Origin: a plasmid
Length of the DNA: 64,000 bases
Sequence record: CP109674.1
Direction: 5' to 3' (one strand)
Below the pieces are notes generated by a model, which worked only from the letters and a program-made list of their open reading frames with translations, ran no database searches and was not told the origin of the DNA. Made by a program: the position numbers and the translations under genes. This document shows, piece by piece, positions 50,306-61,649 of the stretch; position 1 is the stretch's first letter; the number at the start of each line of letters is the position of its first letter.

Positions 50306-51709
50306 TTAAATCGGTTTCTTCCCAAATATCTCTTCAGAGCGTGACTGAAGTTTCACCAGGGCATTGAACATATCGTCCTGATCCAGGGAACGCTGGGATT
50401 TCTTCGTCGTGGGAGCTTTACGCCTGCGAGAAGGGCCGTCTCCGGATGGTACGGATTGCGACCGGTTATTATCCCGCTCGGCCTGGACCAGCTGCGCCAT
50501 TTCCAGGGCCCGCCCCAGACGTTTGTTATCCACAATGGCCCCCTGATCGATTTCAGAAAGCTTGTCATAGGTGGAGTAGGGAAGTGATACGCCATTAAGC
50601 CGGAGCTCTTTATGTCCATCCGGGTAATGCCAGACATCGATGTATTTACCAATCGCCCGACGACTGAATTCGCTGTCTTCAATCAGATAAAGGACTTTGT
50701 CGTATTGCACTGTGAGTGATTTCGACACTTTACGAGCTTCACGCCAGTTAAATACCATATCAAGATCGTCATCGACATCCAGTTCCCGATGAACATCAAA
50801 CTCCTGGCGAGGCGCTTTTGCGAAACGACGGTTGTAATCGTTCATGAACTCTTCGGCAAATGCGTTCGCAGCTTCCATGGAACTGATGCCCTGGAGCCTG
50901 AGCTCCTTGACCAGTCGGTCCTGAAGCGTCAGGTGCGCCCGTTCAACGCGGCCTTTGGCAGCACTGGTTTCTGCACAAATGGTCTGAATGTTCAGTTCAT
51001 GCATCGCACGGCCAAACTGGGTATCGCCGTCGCCGCCGGTTGCATTTTTATTGTTGATCCTGAATACGCTGGCTTTGTCGCTGTACAGCGCAAGCGGTTT
51101 GCCATGTTTTTCAATATAGCCCCGGGTCGCTTCAAAATAGGTGAAAGTAGACTCAGATTTCACGAAAAGAAGCTGCATTAAACGACTGGTTGCGTCATCA
51201 ACGTAAACCAGTGCCGTACACTTAGGTCCCCGATTTTCAAACCAGTGGTGGTCGCAGCCGTCGATTTGTATGAGTTCACCGGCACAGGCACGGCGGTAAC
51301 GAGGTTGCTGAATTTTTGGCGCACGTTGCTTACGTGGGACCCACAGACTGGCCTGAGTCATCAGCTTACGGACGGTTTCTTTGGAAAGATGAACACCGTG
51401 CACCTCAGACAGTTTTTCACAGGCCAGCGTCGGACCGAAATCGTTATAGCGTTCGCGAATAATGTTCAGCGCGTATGCGGCCAGTCCCTGAGGCAACTGG
51501 TTGTTACTGGATTTACCACGACGGCGGCTGGTCATGCCAATCGGACCATCTTCACGATAACGCGCAAGCAGACGACGGCACTGACGGTCGGAGATACCAA
51601 GCCGCTGAGCTGCCATTTGTGTTGTCAGACGCCGGTCGATGACATCCTGAATGATTTTGAGTCGGTTAACTTCATCCAATGTGAAAAACTCCGCTGCGAG
51701 AGCCGTCAT
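50306..51709 (-). CDS. ISNCY-family-like transposase, copy 2 (diverged paralogue)
   Basis: Product MTALAAEFFTLDEVNRLKIIQDVIDRRLTTQMAAQRLGISDRQCRRLLARYREDG... In the same orientation as 43091-44494. Confidence 0.6.
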   Translation of the reverse strand: MTALAAEFFTLDEVNRLKIIQDVIDRRLTTQMAAQRLGISDRQCRRLLARYREDGPIGMTSRRRGKSSNNQLPQGLAAYALNIIRERYNDFGPTLACEKLSEVHGVHLSKETVRKLMTQASLWVPRKQRAPKIQQPRYRRACAGELIQIDGCDHHWFENRGPKCTALVYVDDATSRLMQLLFVKSESTFTYFEATRGYIEKHGKPLALYSDKASVFRINNKNATGGDGDTQFGRAMHELNIQTICAETSAAKGRVERAHLTLQDRLVKELRLQGISSMEAANAFAEEFMNDYNRRFAKAPRQEFDVHRELDVDDDLDMVFNWREARKVSKSLTVQYDKVLYLIEDSEFSRRAIGKYIDVWHYPDGHKELRLNGVSLPYSTYDKLSEIDQGAIVDNKRLGRALEMAQLVQAERDNNRSQSVPSGDGPSRRRKAPTTKKSQRSLDQDDMFNALVKLQSRSEEIFGKKPI

Positions 51710-51882
51710 GGTAATCCTTACTTGATTATACACGCCGGACATCTTAACTTAGCCATTATCGGACATTACAACTTTTCTACTACAACTTAAGTGCGCATAA
51801 TCAGGATTATGTTAAATTCAATAGTAAAATCATTATAAATCAATATCTTAAATATCGAACAAGCCCCTTTCTTCCTCAAACC

Positions 51883-52622
<740 letters not shown>

Positions 52623-53227
52623 GAGTGCGCTCCTTGTATAGCGATTGCTTTACAAGCATATCATATGGATTCTGTATAGCAAAAGCTATACGGTTTTTTA
52701 AGTGCAGTGAACATACGAAAGAGTCAACTTGCAACTATTAGGTAAAGCTCTTCCTCTAAATTATTTTCCTTGCTCTGGCCTACCAAATCAAACCCAACGC
52801 CCTGAATTTACTGCGTGCGATGCTTGCTAGCAGTCTCATCCGGACAATTAGCATGAAAACTATGGATTGTTATCTGGTCTAACATCTGGAAAAGTTACTG
52901 ATGAGAAGGTAGTATTCGGATCGTCAGCGATCGTCTTGTGGTGGGACAGATTGTTGATTCAGATTACTTTTGTGTCCTAACTCAAACTGACGGTTTGACT
53001 GCTTTGTGGTGAGGCAGGCGGGTGGCAAAAGATGGTTTTACGGAAGAAATGCGGACTTCCGGAAACAGACAGGGACAGGACGTGTCCAGTAAAACGTTCA
53101 GGAGCAGGTAACGGGATTTCCCGGAGCCTGAATGCACAAACCCCCCGACATCTGTCATCATCTTGGCGGAAGACACAGATATCAGGGGGTCCAAAAGCAG
53201 GCGCGTGGCCTGTGAAGGATTATAACG

Positions 53228-53281
53228 CATGCACCACATAACACAACACCCGGCCGCCATAAGAACAGGCCGCCGTGAATG
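53228..53281 (+). CDS. tap: Putative RepA leader peptide (tap-like, 17 aa) translationally coupled to repA
   Basis: MHHITQHPAAIRTGRRE, with its stop overlapping the repA GTG (..cgtGAATGAca..). Coordinates are within ±1. Confidence 0.45.
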
Positions 53282-54288
53282 ACAATCAGATTTCTGTTCA
53301 CTGGTCAGATCTACCGAAAGATGAGCTAACCCGTTTCTGCCAGGATGTCGATGCCGGCACTCAGGGTAATTTCCTCATTGCACCGGTCAAAAAACTGACC
53401 CGCCGCAAACGCGGTGAGCATTCCACAAAAGCCAAATGTGAGAACCCGGCCTGGTATCGCCCGGAGCATTATAAAAAGCTCTCCGGACAGCTCGGTCATG
53501 CCTACAATCGCCTGGTGAAAAAAGACAAAGAAACCGGGCAGGTCAGCCTGCGCATGCATGTTTCTCGTCACCCTCTCTATGTCGCCGGCCGCCGTAAGGC
53601 GGGACGTAAATATGGCTTCCGTCCGGAACGTCAGCGCCTGCTCGATGCGCTCTGGCCAGTGCTCATCAGCTTCTGTGATGCCGGCAAGCATACCGTCGGC
53701 ATGTGTATCTCCCGTCTTGCAAAAGAACTCAGTGCAAAGGACGCAAAAAGCAATGTCATTCCTGAAACGGAGGTGACGGTGTCACGCCTTTCACGGCTTA
53801 TTGAGGAACAGGTACGGTTTGGCGTTCTGGGCCTCGCAGAAGAACGCGCCTGGGATCGTGAATCCCGCACCTGGTTGCCAACGTATGTCTATATAACCCC
53901 CGTGGGATTCCAGATGCTGGGCGTCGATATGGACAAGCTGTTTAAAGAGCAGGAGAAGAAGCTCCGTCAGAGCGCCGAGCGTGAGCAGCTGATCCGGGAA
54001 GGAGTGATGAGCGAACATGATGATGTTCAGGCCCACTCTGCGCGGAAATGCTGGTCTGGCCGTAAGCGTCGGGAGGCACTCGTTTACCGCCGCAAAAAAG
54101 GCGCGGAGCGTAAACGTGCCAACAATCTGATTAAGCTGCCGGCAGATGAACGACTCCATGCAATGTCTGAATGGATTTACCGCACCCTCCCGCCTGACGA
54201 AGCGTACTGGTGCACATCTGAGCGCCTGAAGGCTCTGGCCATCCAGCATCTTTACCAGCTGGATCTGGCGCTTTCTCCCCCGGACTAG
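53275..54288 (+). CDS. repA: IncFII-family RepA1-type replication initiation protein (337 aa); GTG start
   Basis: Residue pattern RQRLLDALWPVLISFCDAGKHTVGMCISRLAKELS / TWLPTYVYITPVGFQMLGVDMDKL parallels R100 RepA1 (RRRAIDALLQGLCFHYDPLANRVQCSITTLAIECGL / CYIPTDITFTSALFAALDVSEDAV). Basic C-terminal tail. Confidence 0.7.
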   Translation: MNDNQISVHWSDLPKDELTRFCQDVDAGTQGNFLIAPVKKLTRRKRGEHSTKAKCENPAWYRPEHYKKLSGQLGHAYNRLVKKDKETGQVSLRMHVSRHPLYVAGRRKAGRKYGFRPERQRLLDALWPVLISFCDAGKHTVGMCISRLAKELSAKDAKSNVIPETEVTVSRLSRLIEEQVRFGVLGLAEERAWDRESRTWLPTYVYITPVGFQMLGVDMDKLFKEQEKKLRQSAEREQLIREGVMSEHDDVQAHSARKCWSGRKRREALVYRRKKGAERKRANNLIKLPADERLHAMSEWIYRTLPPDEAYWCTSERLKALAIQHLYQLDLALSPPD

Positions 54289-54289
54289 T

Positions 54290-54700
54290 CACAGACGACA
54301 CAACAGTCTTCTTGTTTACGGGCCCCTCACTGGGGCTTTTCGTGCTGGTTTTTTTCGGCCACTCTGCTCATTTTTCAACCTTCACTCCGTTCTCCTTCCG
54401 GTCACCATGACGTTCTGCTTGTCGTTATGGCCCCCAGTGGCCACTGTCTCTTTTTTTTACACAGAAATCCGCAAACGAATAAGTGAAGTAACCCGGAAAC
54501 GAATAAAAGACATTCCGCAAAACAGTCTTACTTCACCGTTTTTATCTCTCTGTTCATTTCATTCCAGAGTAGATCTTTGTCTGCAGTCACTCTGTGGATA
54601 ACGAAAAATGCCTTCGCATGCAGCGGCCTCACGGCCTCGCGCTCAGAACAAAATCAAAAGTACCTCCCGTCGCAAGCGCCGGGCCCCTTTCTGGCCAGAA
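54290..54700. promoter_or_regulatory. oriR: Putative replication origin region downstream of repA (DnaA box TTATCCACA, reverse complement near 54590; T-runs; GC-rich dyads)
   Basis: tctgtggataacg near 54589-54601. Its position relative to repA is as in IncFII replicons. Confidence 0.45.
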
Positions 54701-55177
54701 CCCGGCACCGCATACATACCTAACCCCTGCTAAACCGACGCCGCCCCGGCCCAAAGGGCCGGAACACCCTCGCTTTAAGAGGGATGTTGTAACTAGAAAT
54801 CAGAGCCGCTGCAGTTTGAGTCGCGGTAAGCTCACTGTACACGCTCGTAAGCGCCTCACGGCGCTAACGCGGAGATACAGCCCGTCAGCGGCCTGTGGCC
54901 TCGACGTGCTCACTCCGACCGCGCACATCACAATCAGGCGTGGCGGTTAACGGATATGGCTTTGCAGGGTAAGGGATGGGACAGGCAGAACCTTTCAAAC
55001 CGCAGCGGCTTACGCCGGTCACGGCGCCCATCAACATTCTCGCCCTGTCTGGCCTCAGCTGGCGCCTCCATGCCGCGATGCGGCATCGGTGAGTTCTGCA
55101 GGACTGCATGCCCATTTTTTGTTGTCAAAAATCGTTTCGGGAATATGCTTTCAGAAACAGATAAGCGAGGCGATAAA

Positions 55178-55981
55178 ATGGACACGTTGCTTTTACCCGG
55201 CCAGAATCCCCGTGCCTGGGCGGAAACCATGATCAACCTGGAGGCCCGGAAGCTGGTGAATACGGCCAACACGGTGGCGGCCATGCACCTTCAGGATGGT
55301 TTTATCCGGATTCAATTTGTGGATGAGATCAGAGCATTCATCATGACCCAGTTTGAAGCCGCGCGCCGGGCAAAAACGGATGATGACTGTATGGCCTGTC
55401 TGCGGGCCTTACGGGCTGAAAATGCCAGCCTGCTGGAGCAGTCCCGATCGCTCAAAACCGGCTATGCAAAACTCTATGCCGAGGTGAAGGTTGTCCGGGA
55501 CGAGAACAAAATTGTGGGCTACATCATTTCTGCGGTCGACGTCGTGGTGGCCGGTGCGGCCATTTTTGGTGGGATCGTCATGATGTCTTCGATGACGCCG
55601 GTGGGCGTGGTGGCCGGCGCGGTGATTGTCGTAAATGGATTCAATACGATTTCACGGGAAGCCGCGCACAACTTCCTCGGAGATAAGCAGACGGAAGGTA
55701 TTTTCGCTGACGGCTCGATGGAGATCGCTGAATTTCTGGGATTCAGCCGGCAGCAGGGTCTGGGAACCTATAAGACGGTCACACTTTTCAGTGAAGTCTA
55801 CGGTGCGTATGGCCTGAGGCTGAAACCCGAAGCACAACGGCTGTGGTACTGGACCAGGCCCGATTTTTTCAGGAAAGTATCCAGCACGCCACGTCCCGCG
55901 ATGGCGCTTAAAATTGCGGGATGGGGGGTTAAAGCCAAAGTGGCGCTTGATTTGCTGACTATTGAGCCTTCCGGGAAATAG
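55178..55981 (+). CDS. DUF4225-like membrane protein (267 aa)
   Basis: RBS gaggcg upstream of ATG 55178. Central hydrophobic hairpin IVGYIISAVDVVVAGAAIFGGIVMMSSMTPVGVVAGAVIVVNGF. Confidence 0.55.
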   Translation: MDTLLLPGQNPRAWAETMINLEARKLVNTANTVAAMHLQDGFIRIQFVDEIRAFIMTQFEAARRAKTDDDCMACLRALRAENASLLEQSRSLKTGYAKLYAEVKVVRDENKIVGYIISAVDVVVAGAAIFGGIVMMSSMTPVGVVAGAVIVVNGFNTISREAAHNFLGDKQTEGIFADGSMEIAEFLGFSRQQGLGTYKTVTLFSEVYGAYGLRLKPEAQRLWYWTRPDFFRKVSSTPRPAMALKIAGWGVKAKVALDLLTIEPSGK

Positions 55982-56282
55982 TTTTCTGCAGGCGGAAAGC
56001 TTTCCAGCCCAGCGCAGGTGGAAAGGTCACCCAGGCAATGATAAGGACAACAAGGGAGCTCATGCCCCCGGAAAGAATGTGTGTCCTGCTGCCGGCGATG
56101 AGGGTGACCAGCATAACCAGAACCAGCGCGACCGTGATCCATGCCGACACCCGGAAGCGCCGTGAGAGCGCTTCGATGAGATGCTGCATGGTGCCTCCGC
56201 CTGCTGCAAGTCGGCCCTGTAAGTTATCCACTTCGCTCTTGCTGAAACCTGCCTCAAGCAGGTCTTTCTCACTGATAGCCAT
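55959..56282 (-). CDS. Small two-TM membrane protein (107 aa), convergent with and overlapping the DUF4225 gene by 23 bp
   Basis: Product MAISEKDLLEAGFSKSEVDNLQGRLAAGGGTMQHLIEALSRRFRVSAWITVALVLVMLVTLIAG... Confidence 0.45.
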   Translation of the reverse strand: MAISEKDLLEAGFSKSEVDNLQGRLAAGGGTMQHLIEALSRRFRVSAWITVALVLVMLVTLIAGSRTHILSGGMSSLVVLIIAWVTFPPALGWKAFRLQKTISRKAQ

Positions 56283-56296
56283 TACGTCCTCCCTAA

Positions 56297-57067
56297 TCAG
56301 GCGAAAGTATACTGTATCAGAACAATAATCCCCAGGTGACCAGCGTAAGCATAGTAAAAGAAATTACGCGGCATGAAACGCTGGCGGCCTTCCGGACAGA
56401 TTTCCCTGCAGAAAGAAACCACCACCAGGGGGAATACCAGAGTAGGCAGCGTGGCCAGTAATAATGTTTCTGCGGGCAGGTTCGGGATATGCGACAACCC
56501 GTTTAAACAAATCAGTGACAGCACGACGCCAGCGACCGCCATTCGCTTCCCTCCGGGCATGCCACTGCCTGATAAGGTTGCCATACTGATGGCCAGCGTA
56601 ATTCCTGCCAGCCCGTAGCTTTCCGGCTCCAGTGGCCAAATCATTAGGGCCAGGATCAGATATCCCGCAAGCATTCCTTTCCGGCCGTGCCGGTACTGCA
56701 GGGCAAGCAGCTGCGTGACGCCGGCAAATACGAACAGAATGTTCAGGGCCCACCAGGGCTGGTGATGCAGGAAGGCCAGGCTGAACACCGGCTGCGTAAT
56801 GATTGCCCAGATCCACAACCGATTGGCTCTCTTCTGAAGTCGTTCCGGGGTGCGCTGTACGTTCATCGCCCATATAAGCGTGAACAGGGGGAAGGCCATC
56901 CGGCCAAGCGCATACATCATCGGCCAGGCTGGCGACAGAAACACCGTATTGGTGTGGTCGATAATCATGGCCAGAAGTGCGAGGAGCTTGACCATATCGA
57001 GAGCAGCGGGACTGAGCTGGCACGCGTTCCGGATACTGGGAAGAACGTTGGGTACTGAATGATTCAT
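56297..57067 (-). CDS. traX: TraX-family protein (F-pilin acetylase-like inner-membrane protein)
   Basis: 256 aa, multi-TM, MNHSVPNVLPSIRNACQLSPAALDMVKLLALLAMIIDHTNTVFL... Confidence 0.8.
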   Translation of the reverse strand: MNHSVPNVLPSIRNACQLSPAALDMVKLLALLAMIIDHTNTVFLSPAWPMMYALGRMAFPLFTLIWAMNVQRTPERLQKRANRLWIWAIITQPVFSLAFLHHQPWWALNILFVFAGVTQLLALQYRHGRKGMLAGYLILALMIWPLEPESYGLAGITLAISMATLSGSGMPGGKRMAVAGVVLSLICLNGLSHIPNLPAETLLLATLPTLVFPLVVVSFCREICPEGRQRFMPRNFFYYAYAGHLGIIVLIQYTFA

Positions 57068-57434
57068 GCTGTATATTCCCCTGGCGACACGCGGTTAACA
57101 GCCAGCCCTGAACATAATGCCAGAATGCCCTGCCAGTTTGCGATGTGACCCTGACCTTTAGTTTCTCCAGAATCTTGCGCACCGCAAATTCTGATTTATC
57201 ACGCAGCACGCGCATTGCACCTGCCACATCCTTATTCTGAATACAGATATTTAAAATATGAAAATCGTTCATAACACTCCCTTCCTTACTACATATATCG
57301 GCAAATATATTGATATATTTAGTTTAAGGAGTGCAATTGCTTATTATTTTACCATATTTTGCATGGAAAGATTTTTATAATTATAAAACATGCTGCTGCA
57401 AAATAACTTAATATACATCTCAACCTAAAACCGA

Positions 57435-57959
57435 TTATTCCTGGCTGATATCCGAAGATTGAGCAGGATGAAGCTTTGCATAATCTTCTCGAAGCGATTT
57501 TGCCGCGGGTTTCCAGGCTTTCGCCCACTCATCATCCATTCTTCCTACACCAACAATCTTCAGTGCGACAGCATAGGGGGTGCGCCCTTGCTGTTTTGAA
57601 AGCCACAGGATGTGATCATCAATTCTGTCATCAGGTATATCGTCGATAATGGAATGGATAACATCGAGATCCTCTGGCAGCCACGGCTTTCCAGTACGGG
57701 GAAACACCAGGTCCGGTTCGCGCGGTTTCTTTACCTTCTCGTTTTTAGCGATCTGTCTGGCTTCTTTCTCCGCAGAAATGAGCCGTAGTCGCTCCTTAAG
57801 CCCACCCAGTGTGGCAACCGTTTTAATTAAATTTTCTCGCTGTTCGCGAGTAATGCTTTGCTCATCGCAGATCAGGTCGTTCAGGGTATCGATGAGTGTA
57901 TCTACCCGATTTTCTGTTAATTTCATTTCCAGTTCTCGCTTAAGGCTACAACTCAGCAT
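57435..57959 (-). CDS. Hypothetical protein (174 aa), upstream of traX
   Basis: ORF MLSCSLKRELEMKLTENRVDTLIDTLNDLICDEQSITREQRENLIKTVATLGGLKERLRLISAEKEARQIAKNEKVKK...; no motif recognised. Confidence 0.4.
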   Translation of the reverse strand: MLSCSLKRELEMKLTENRVDTLIDTLNDLICDEQSITREQRENLIKTVATLGGLKERLRLISAEKEARQIAKNEKVKKPREPDLVFPRTGKPWLPEDLDVIHSIIDDIPDDRIDDHILWLSKQQGRTPYAVALKIVGVGRMDDEWAKAWKPAAKSLREDYAKLHPAQSSDISQE

Positions 57960-58100
57960 TCTATTAGATATCTATTTGATTTCGCATCCCTGTTGATCTC
58001 ATAAATGCAGTCCATAGTCTCGATCACTGAGCATGGAAGCCTGATGCTAAAATGATATACTGATGTAAGAACAAATCTTACATAATGAAACGGAGGGGTT

Positions 58101-58361
58101 ATGGCCCGTACGATGACGGTGGACGTGGGTGATGAGCTGCGCGAATTTATCGATTCCCTGGTTAAGGCTGGTGATTACCGTACCCAGAGCGAGGTCATGC
58201 GAGATGCGCTGCGTCTTCTGCGAGAGAAGCAGGCTGAATCCCGCCTTCAGGAACTGCGCGATCTGCTGGCCGAAGGCATCAGCAGCGGCGAGGCGAAACC
58301 ATGGAACAAGGATGCATTCCTGAATAATGTCAGGGCCAGGGTGGCAAATGAAAGAGATTGA
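58101..58361 (+). CDS. parD: ParD antitoxin (RHH)
   Basis: Product MARTMTVDVGDELREFIDSLVKAGDYRTQSEVMRDALRLLREKQAESRLQELRDLLAEGISSGEAKPWNKDAFLNNVRARV. Confidence 0.85.
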   Translation: MARTMTVDVGDELREFIDSLVKAGDYRTQSEVMRDALRLLREKQAESRLQELRDLLAEGISSGEAKPWNKDAFLNNVRARVANERD

Positions 58362-58644
58362 GCTGACACCCAAAGCAGAAGAAGATCTGGAAGCAATCTG
58401 GGGCTACAGCTTCCGACAGTTCGGGATTGTTCAGGCGGATGCGTATATCAGCCGTATAGCAGCGGTTTTTAACGTGCTGGCCATGCATGACATCGGCACG
58501 CATCGCGCTGAGCTGGGAGACAATATCTGCTCGTTGCCGGTGGAACAGCACATGATCTATTTTGTGCCATCGCATTCGGTGGTTACGGTCATACGTATTC
58601 TCAGCCAGTCTCAGGATACGGCACGGCATGAACCCTGGATATAA
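58348..58644 (+). CDS. parE: ParE toxin (RelE/ParE superfamily)
   Basis: MKEIELTPKAEEDLEAIWGYSFRQFGIVQADAYISRIAAVFNVLAMHDIGTHRAELGDNICSLPVEQHMIYFVPSHSVVTVIRILSQSQD; overlaps parD by 14 bp. Confidence 0.85.
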   Translation: MKEIELTPKAEEDLEAIWGYSFRQFGIVQADAYISRIAAVFNVLAMHDIGTHRAELGDNICSLPVEQHMIYFVPSHSVVTVIRILSQSQDTARHEPWI

Positions 58645-58792
58645 TCGGGCAAGAAACTTTAAATACATAAAAATCAATTACTTAGTTCGTGTAATCTATC
58701 TTATGTTAAATTTAGTCCGTCGTTCATTTAGTTCATAACAGGCCGCAGACTACGATTAATCATACACAGATATAATCTTTCATTTGGTTTAA

Positions 58793-58820
58793 AAAAAACG
58801 CTCCCGATCGGGAGCGTAAG
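58793..58820 (-). terminator. Rho-independent terminator downstream of pcoE (minus strand)
   Basis: Hairpin aaaaaaaacgctcccgatcgggagcgt. Confidence 0.65.
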
Positions 58821-58867
58821 CCAGTGACTTCGGCGTCAAATGAGGGTCTGACAAGTGGAGCTGCGGG

Positions 58868-59335
58868 TTAATTCTGGGTGATCTGGCTGCGATGCTTTTC
58901 AGCCTGCTGCTGATGAATAACGGAAGATTGACCATTATTCGCCTTCTCATGCACAACAGCGGCTTTCTCATGCTCGTTCATTTCGGAAAATGATTTTGCT
59001 GTTTCGTTAGAAGCTGCTGGCTTGGATTTCATCATTTTTTTATGCATTTCAGCCATGTCCTGATGGGCAGCAGAATTGCCGTTTTGCATCATTTCATGGG
59101 ACATTGCGGCCTGATCGTGACCGCTCATATCCATCATTTTCATGCTCTCCCCCTGAACTGCACTTTTTTCAGCGGATGATTGCATCTGATGGGCAGGCGC
59201 CTGGGCATTATTTACCTGGTCATGCATGTTCATTGTCTCTGCAGCCCAGGCAGATGAAGCGACAGCCATCATAGCAATAAAGGATACAAGGATCTTTTTC
59301 ATGGTTGGGTCTCCGGTGTTTTCATACCCGAACAA
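58868..59335 (-). CDS. pcoE: PcoE copper-binding periplasmic protein
   Basis: Product MKKILVSFIAMMAVASSAWAAETMNMHDQVNNAQAPAHQMQSSAEKSAVQGESMKMMDMSGHDQ... Confidence 0.9.
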   Translation of the reverse strand: MFGYENTGDPTMKKILVSFIAMMAVASSAWAAETMNMHDQVNNAQAPAHQMQSSAEKSAVQGESMKMMDMSGHDQAAMSHEMMQNGNSAAHQDMAEMHKKMMKSKPAASNETAKSFSEMNEHEKAAVVHEKANNGQSSVIHQQQAEKHRSQITQN

Positions 59336-59517
59336 TCAATGCTTATAACAGAGAAAGCATTTGATCTCAGGGCTGGTTGATCATCACGCCAGGAACCGGG
59401 CGATTGAATTATCACGCTGTCCTGATTTATGGCTGATTATAAAAAACCGCCTCTGTTTATCGCGTGACTGAACGATGACATTTTTGTCACCTTCCGGGTT
59501 TCTCCTGAATAACGGTA

Positions 59518-60918
59518 TTAATCCATTAACAGACGCACACTGAACACAATTTCCCGCCCCTGCTGTTCTGCTGACAGCTCGCCGCCGTGAGCATGAATGA
59601 TCGACCTTGTAATTGATAATCCCAGCCCCGCGCCTTCCGTATTGTAGAACCTTGATGAGTCTGCGCGATAGAACCGGTCAAACAAACGTTCCAGATTAGC
59701 GGGAACCTGGCCGGACATCGTATTCGTAATCATCACGTTCACACAGTCACTGTCACGCTCAAGGTGTATCGCTGTACAGGTGTTATCGGGAGAATACTTG
59801 ATTGCATTGGAAAGCAGGTTACTGAAAGCACGTCGGAGCATATCGCTGTCTCCGGCAACAACGCCCTCTCCTTCAACCGTGATTGTCTTTCCTGTTTCGT
59901 CTGCCAGGGGCTCGAACAACTCACGTAATTCATTCAGTTCGGCTGCCAGATCCACATCATGTTTATCCAGCCGCAGCAGACCATGCTCTGAACGTGCCAG
60001 AAAAAGCATGTCACTGGTCATTCGTGACAACCTTTTCAGTTCTTCCAGGTTAGCGAATAAAATTTCGCGGTAATGCGAAACATCCCTTTCCTTAGCCAGT
60101 GCAAACTGCGTCTGCATCATCAGATTACTGACTGGTGTGCGCAGCTCATGCGCGATGTCAGACGAGAAATCTGACAGTTTCCGGAATGCCCCCTCCAGGC
60201 GATCAAACATATTATTGAACTCCTGCATGGTCTCAGAGATTTCCGGCGGAGCCAGATCGGGATTTAGACGCTGATCCAGGCTGTGTACAGTCATGGAGGA
60301 AGCCAGACTGGTCATTTCCCGTAACGGTTTCAGACCAATACGTGTGGTCAGCCAGCCCAGAAAAACAGAAATAAAGACCAGACCGATATTGAACCAGAAC
60401 AGCCAGGTACTGAGTTTGTCCATAAACAGGGTGTGATACCCAGTATCCGTGGCAACCGTAATGATGACATGTTTGCTTTTACCCTGTTCCGGCGTCATGG
60501 CAACCCGCCGCGAGATACTGCGGTACACGGTGTTATTTTCTTCCGTCTGGATCATATAGTCGAGAATATCACCCGACTTATTAAGCAGGACCGCTGGAAC
60601 AACAGAATTTTTGGCATAGAGTTCAACAATTTTTTCATTTTCCATGTTTTTTATAGAAATGAATAAACCATTGTGCCCTACCATCGCATCGTTTATTTTT
60701 TCTGATAATGACTTAATATCCGTTTTGTTCCGGAACGTCTCTGTTTTAAGAAACTCTTCGGTGAGCTGAAGTTTACCTGTCAGAAAATCGCGGTCCTGAT
60801 TATCGAAATAGCCATTAAGGGTGCTAATCAGGATAAAACTTGATAACCACCATACCGTAAGCATCACCGCAGAAAAAATCAGGCTCAGGCGTGTGGTCAG
60901 GGAAATTTTGAACCTCAC
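59518..60918 (-). CDS. pcoS: PcoS copper-responsive sensor histidine kinase (complete, 466 aa)
   Basis: Contains HAMP, HisKA ([10 protein letters not shown]) and HATPase domains. Confidence 0.9.
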   Translation of the reverse strand: MRFKISLTTRLSLIFSAVMLTVWWLSSFILISTLNGYFDNQDRDFLTGKLQLTEEFLKTETFRNKTDIKSLSEKINDAMVGHNGLFISIKNMENEKIVELYAKNSVVPAVLLNKSGDILDYMIQTEENNTVYRSISRRVAMTPEQGKSKHVIITVATDTGYHTLFMDKLSTWLFWFNIGLVFISVFLGWLTTRIGLKPLREMTSLASSMTVHSLDQRLNPDLAPPEISETMQEFNNMFDRLEGAFRKLSDFSSDIAHELRTPVSNLMMQTQFALAKERDVSHYREILFANLEELKRLSRMTSDMLFLARSEHGLLRLDKHDVDLAAELNELRELFEPLADETGKTITVEGEGVVAGDSDMLRRAFSNLLSNAIKYSPDNTCTAIHLERDSDCVNVMITNTMSGQVPANLERLFDRFYRADSSRFYNTEGAGLGLSITRSIIHAHGGELSAEQQGREIVFSVRLLMD

Positions 60919-61601
60919 TCTTCTCTGATCTCCAGGACATATCCGGCACCGCGAACGGTATGGATCAGTTTTGGCTCAAAGTCATCATCAATTTTACTTC
61001 TCAGACGTCTCACGGCGACATCAATCACATTCGTATCACTGTCAAAATTCATGTTCCAGACCAGGGACGAGATAAGACTCCTGGGTAACACTTCTCCGGT
61101 GCGTTGCAGCAGCAACTCAAGCAGAACGTATTCTTTACCGGTGAGATGGATCTTCTTCCCCGAACGGATCACGGTCCGGCGCACCATATCAACGGTCATA
61201 TCGGCGATGGTGCAGACTGTTGCGGCCTGCGAGCGTGCCCGGCGCAGTAGGGTTCTTACACGTGCAACCAGCTCCGTAAAATCAAAGGGCTTAATCAGGT
61301 AGTCATCTGCGCCAAGCTCCAGTCCTTTCACTTTGTCCCGCACGTTGTCCTTTGCGGTTAAAAACAGGACCGGTTCTTCGTGCCCGGACTCCCTCAGTGC
61401 GCTGATGATTTGCCACCCGTCGAGGAAAGGCAGCATCACGTCCAGTATTATCAAATCATACTGTCCCTTCGACGCGGCCCCGAGACCATCGCGGCCATTA
61501 TTAAAGAGATCGGCCTGATAGCCTTCCTCAACCAGTCCCTGCTGCAGGTAACGACCTGTTTTTTGTTCGTCTTCAACGATTAAAATACGCTGCATGGTCA
61601 A
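60915..61601 (-). CDS. pcoR: PcoR OmpR-family response regulator
   Basis: Product [58 protein letters not shown]... Confidence 0.9.
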   Translation of the reverse strand: MTMQRILIVEDEQKTGRYLQQGLVEEGYQADLFNNGRDGLGAASKGQYDLIILDVMLPFLDGWQIISALRESGHEEPVLFLTAKDNVRDKVKGLELGADDYLIKPFDFTELVARVRTLLRRARSQAATVCTIADMTVDMVRRTVIRSGKKIHLTGKEYVLLELLLQRTGEVLPRSLISSLVWNMNFDSDTNVIDVAVRRLRSKIDDDFEPKLIHTVRGAGYVLEIREE

Positions 61602-61649
61602 CTCGCTGATATGAAAGTAAAAATCTCACGCATGAGCTTTGGCTGTCCC

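Noticed and set aside
56364-57272. 302-aa minus-strand ORF overlapping traX in another frame
   Set aside because: It is Pro/Arg-rich, typical of an out-of-frame reading of a GC-rich membrane gene. Only its first 60 codons or so (57090-57272, AT-rich) could be a real small gene, and I could not support that.
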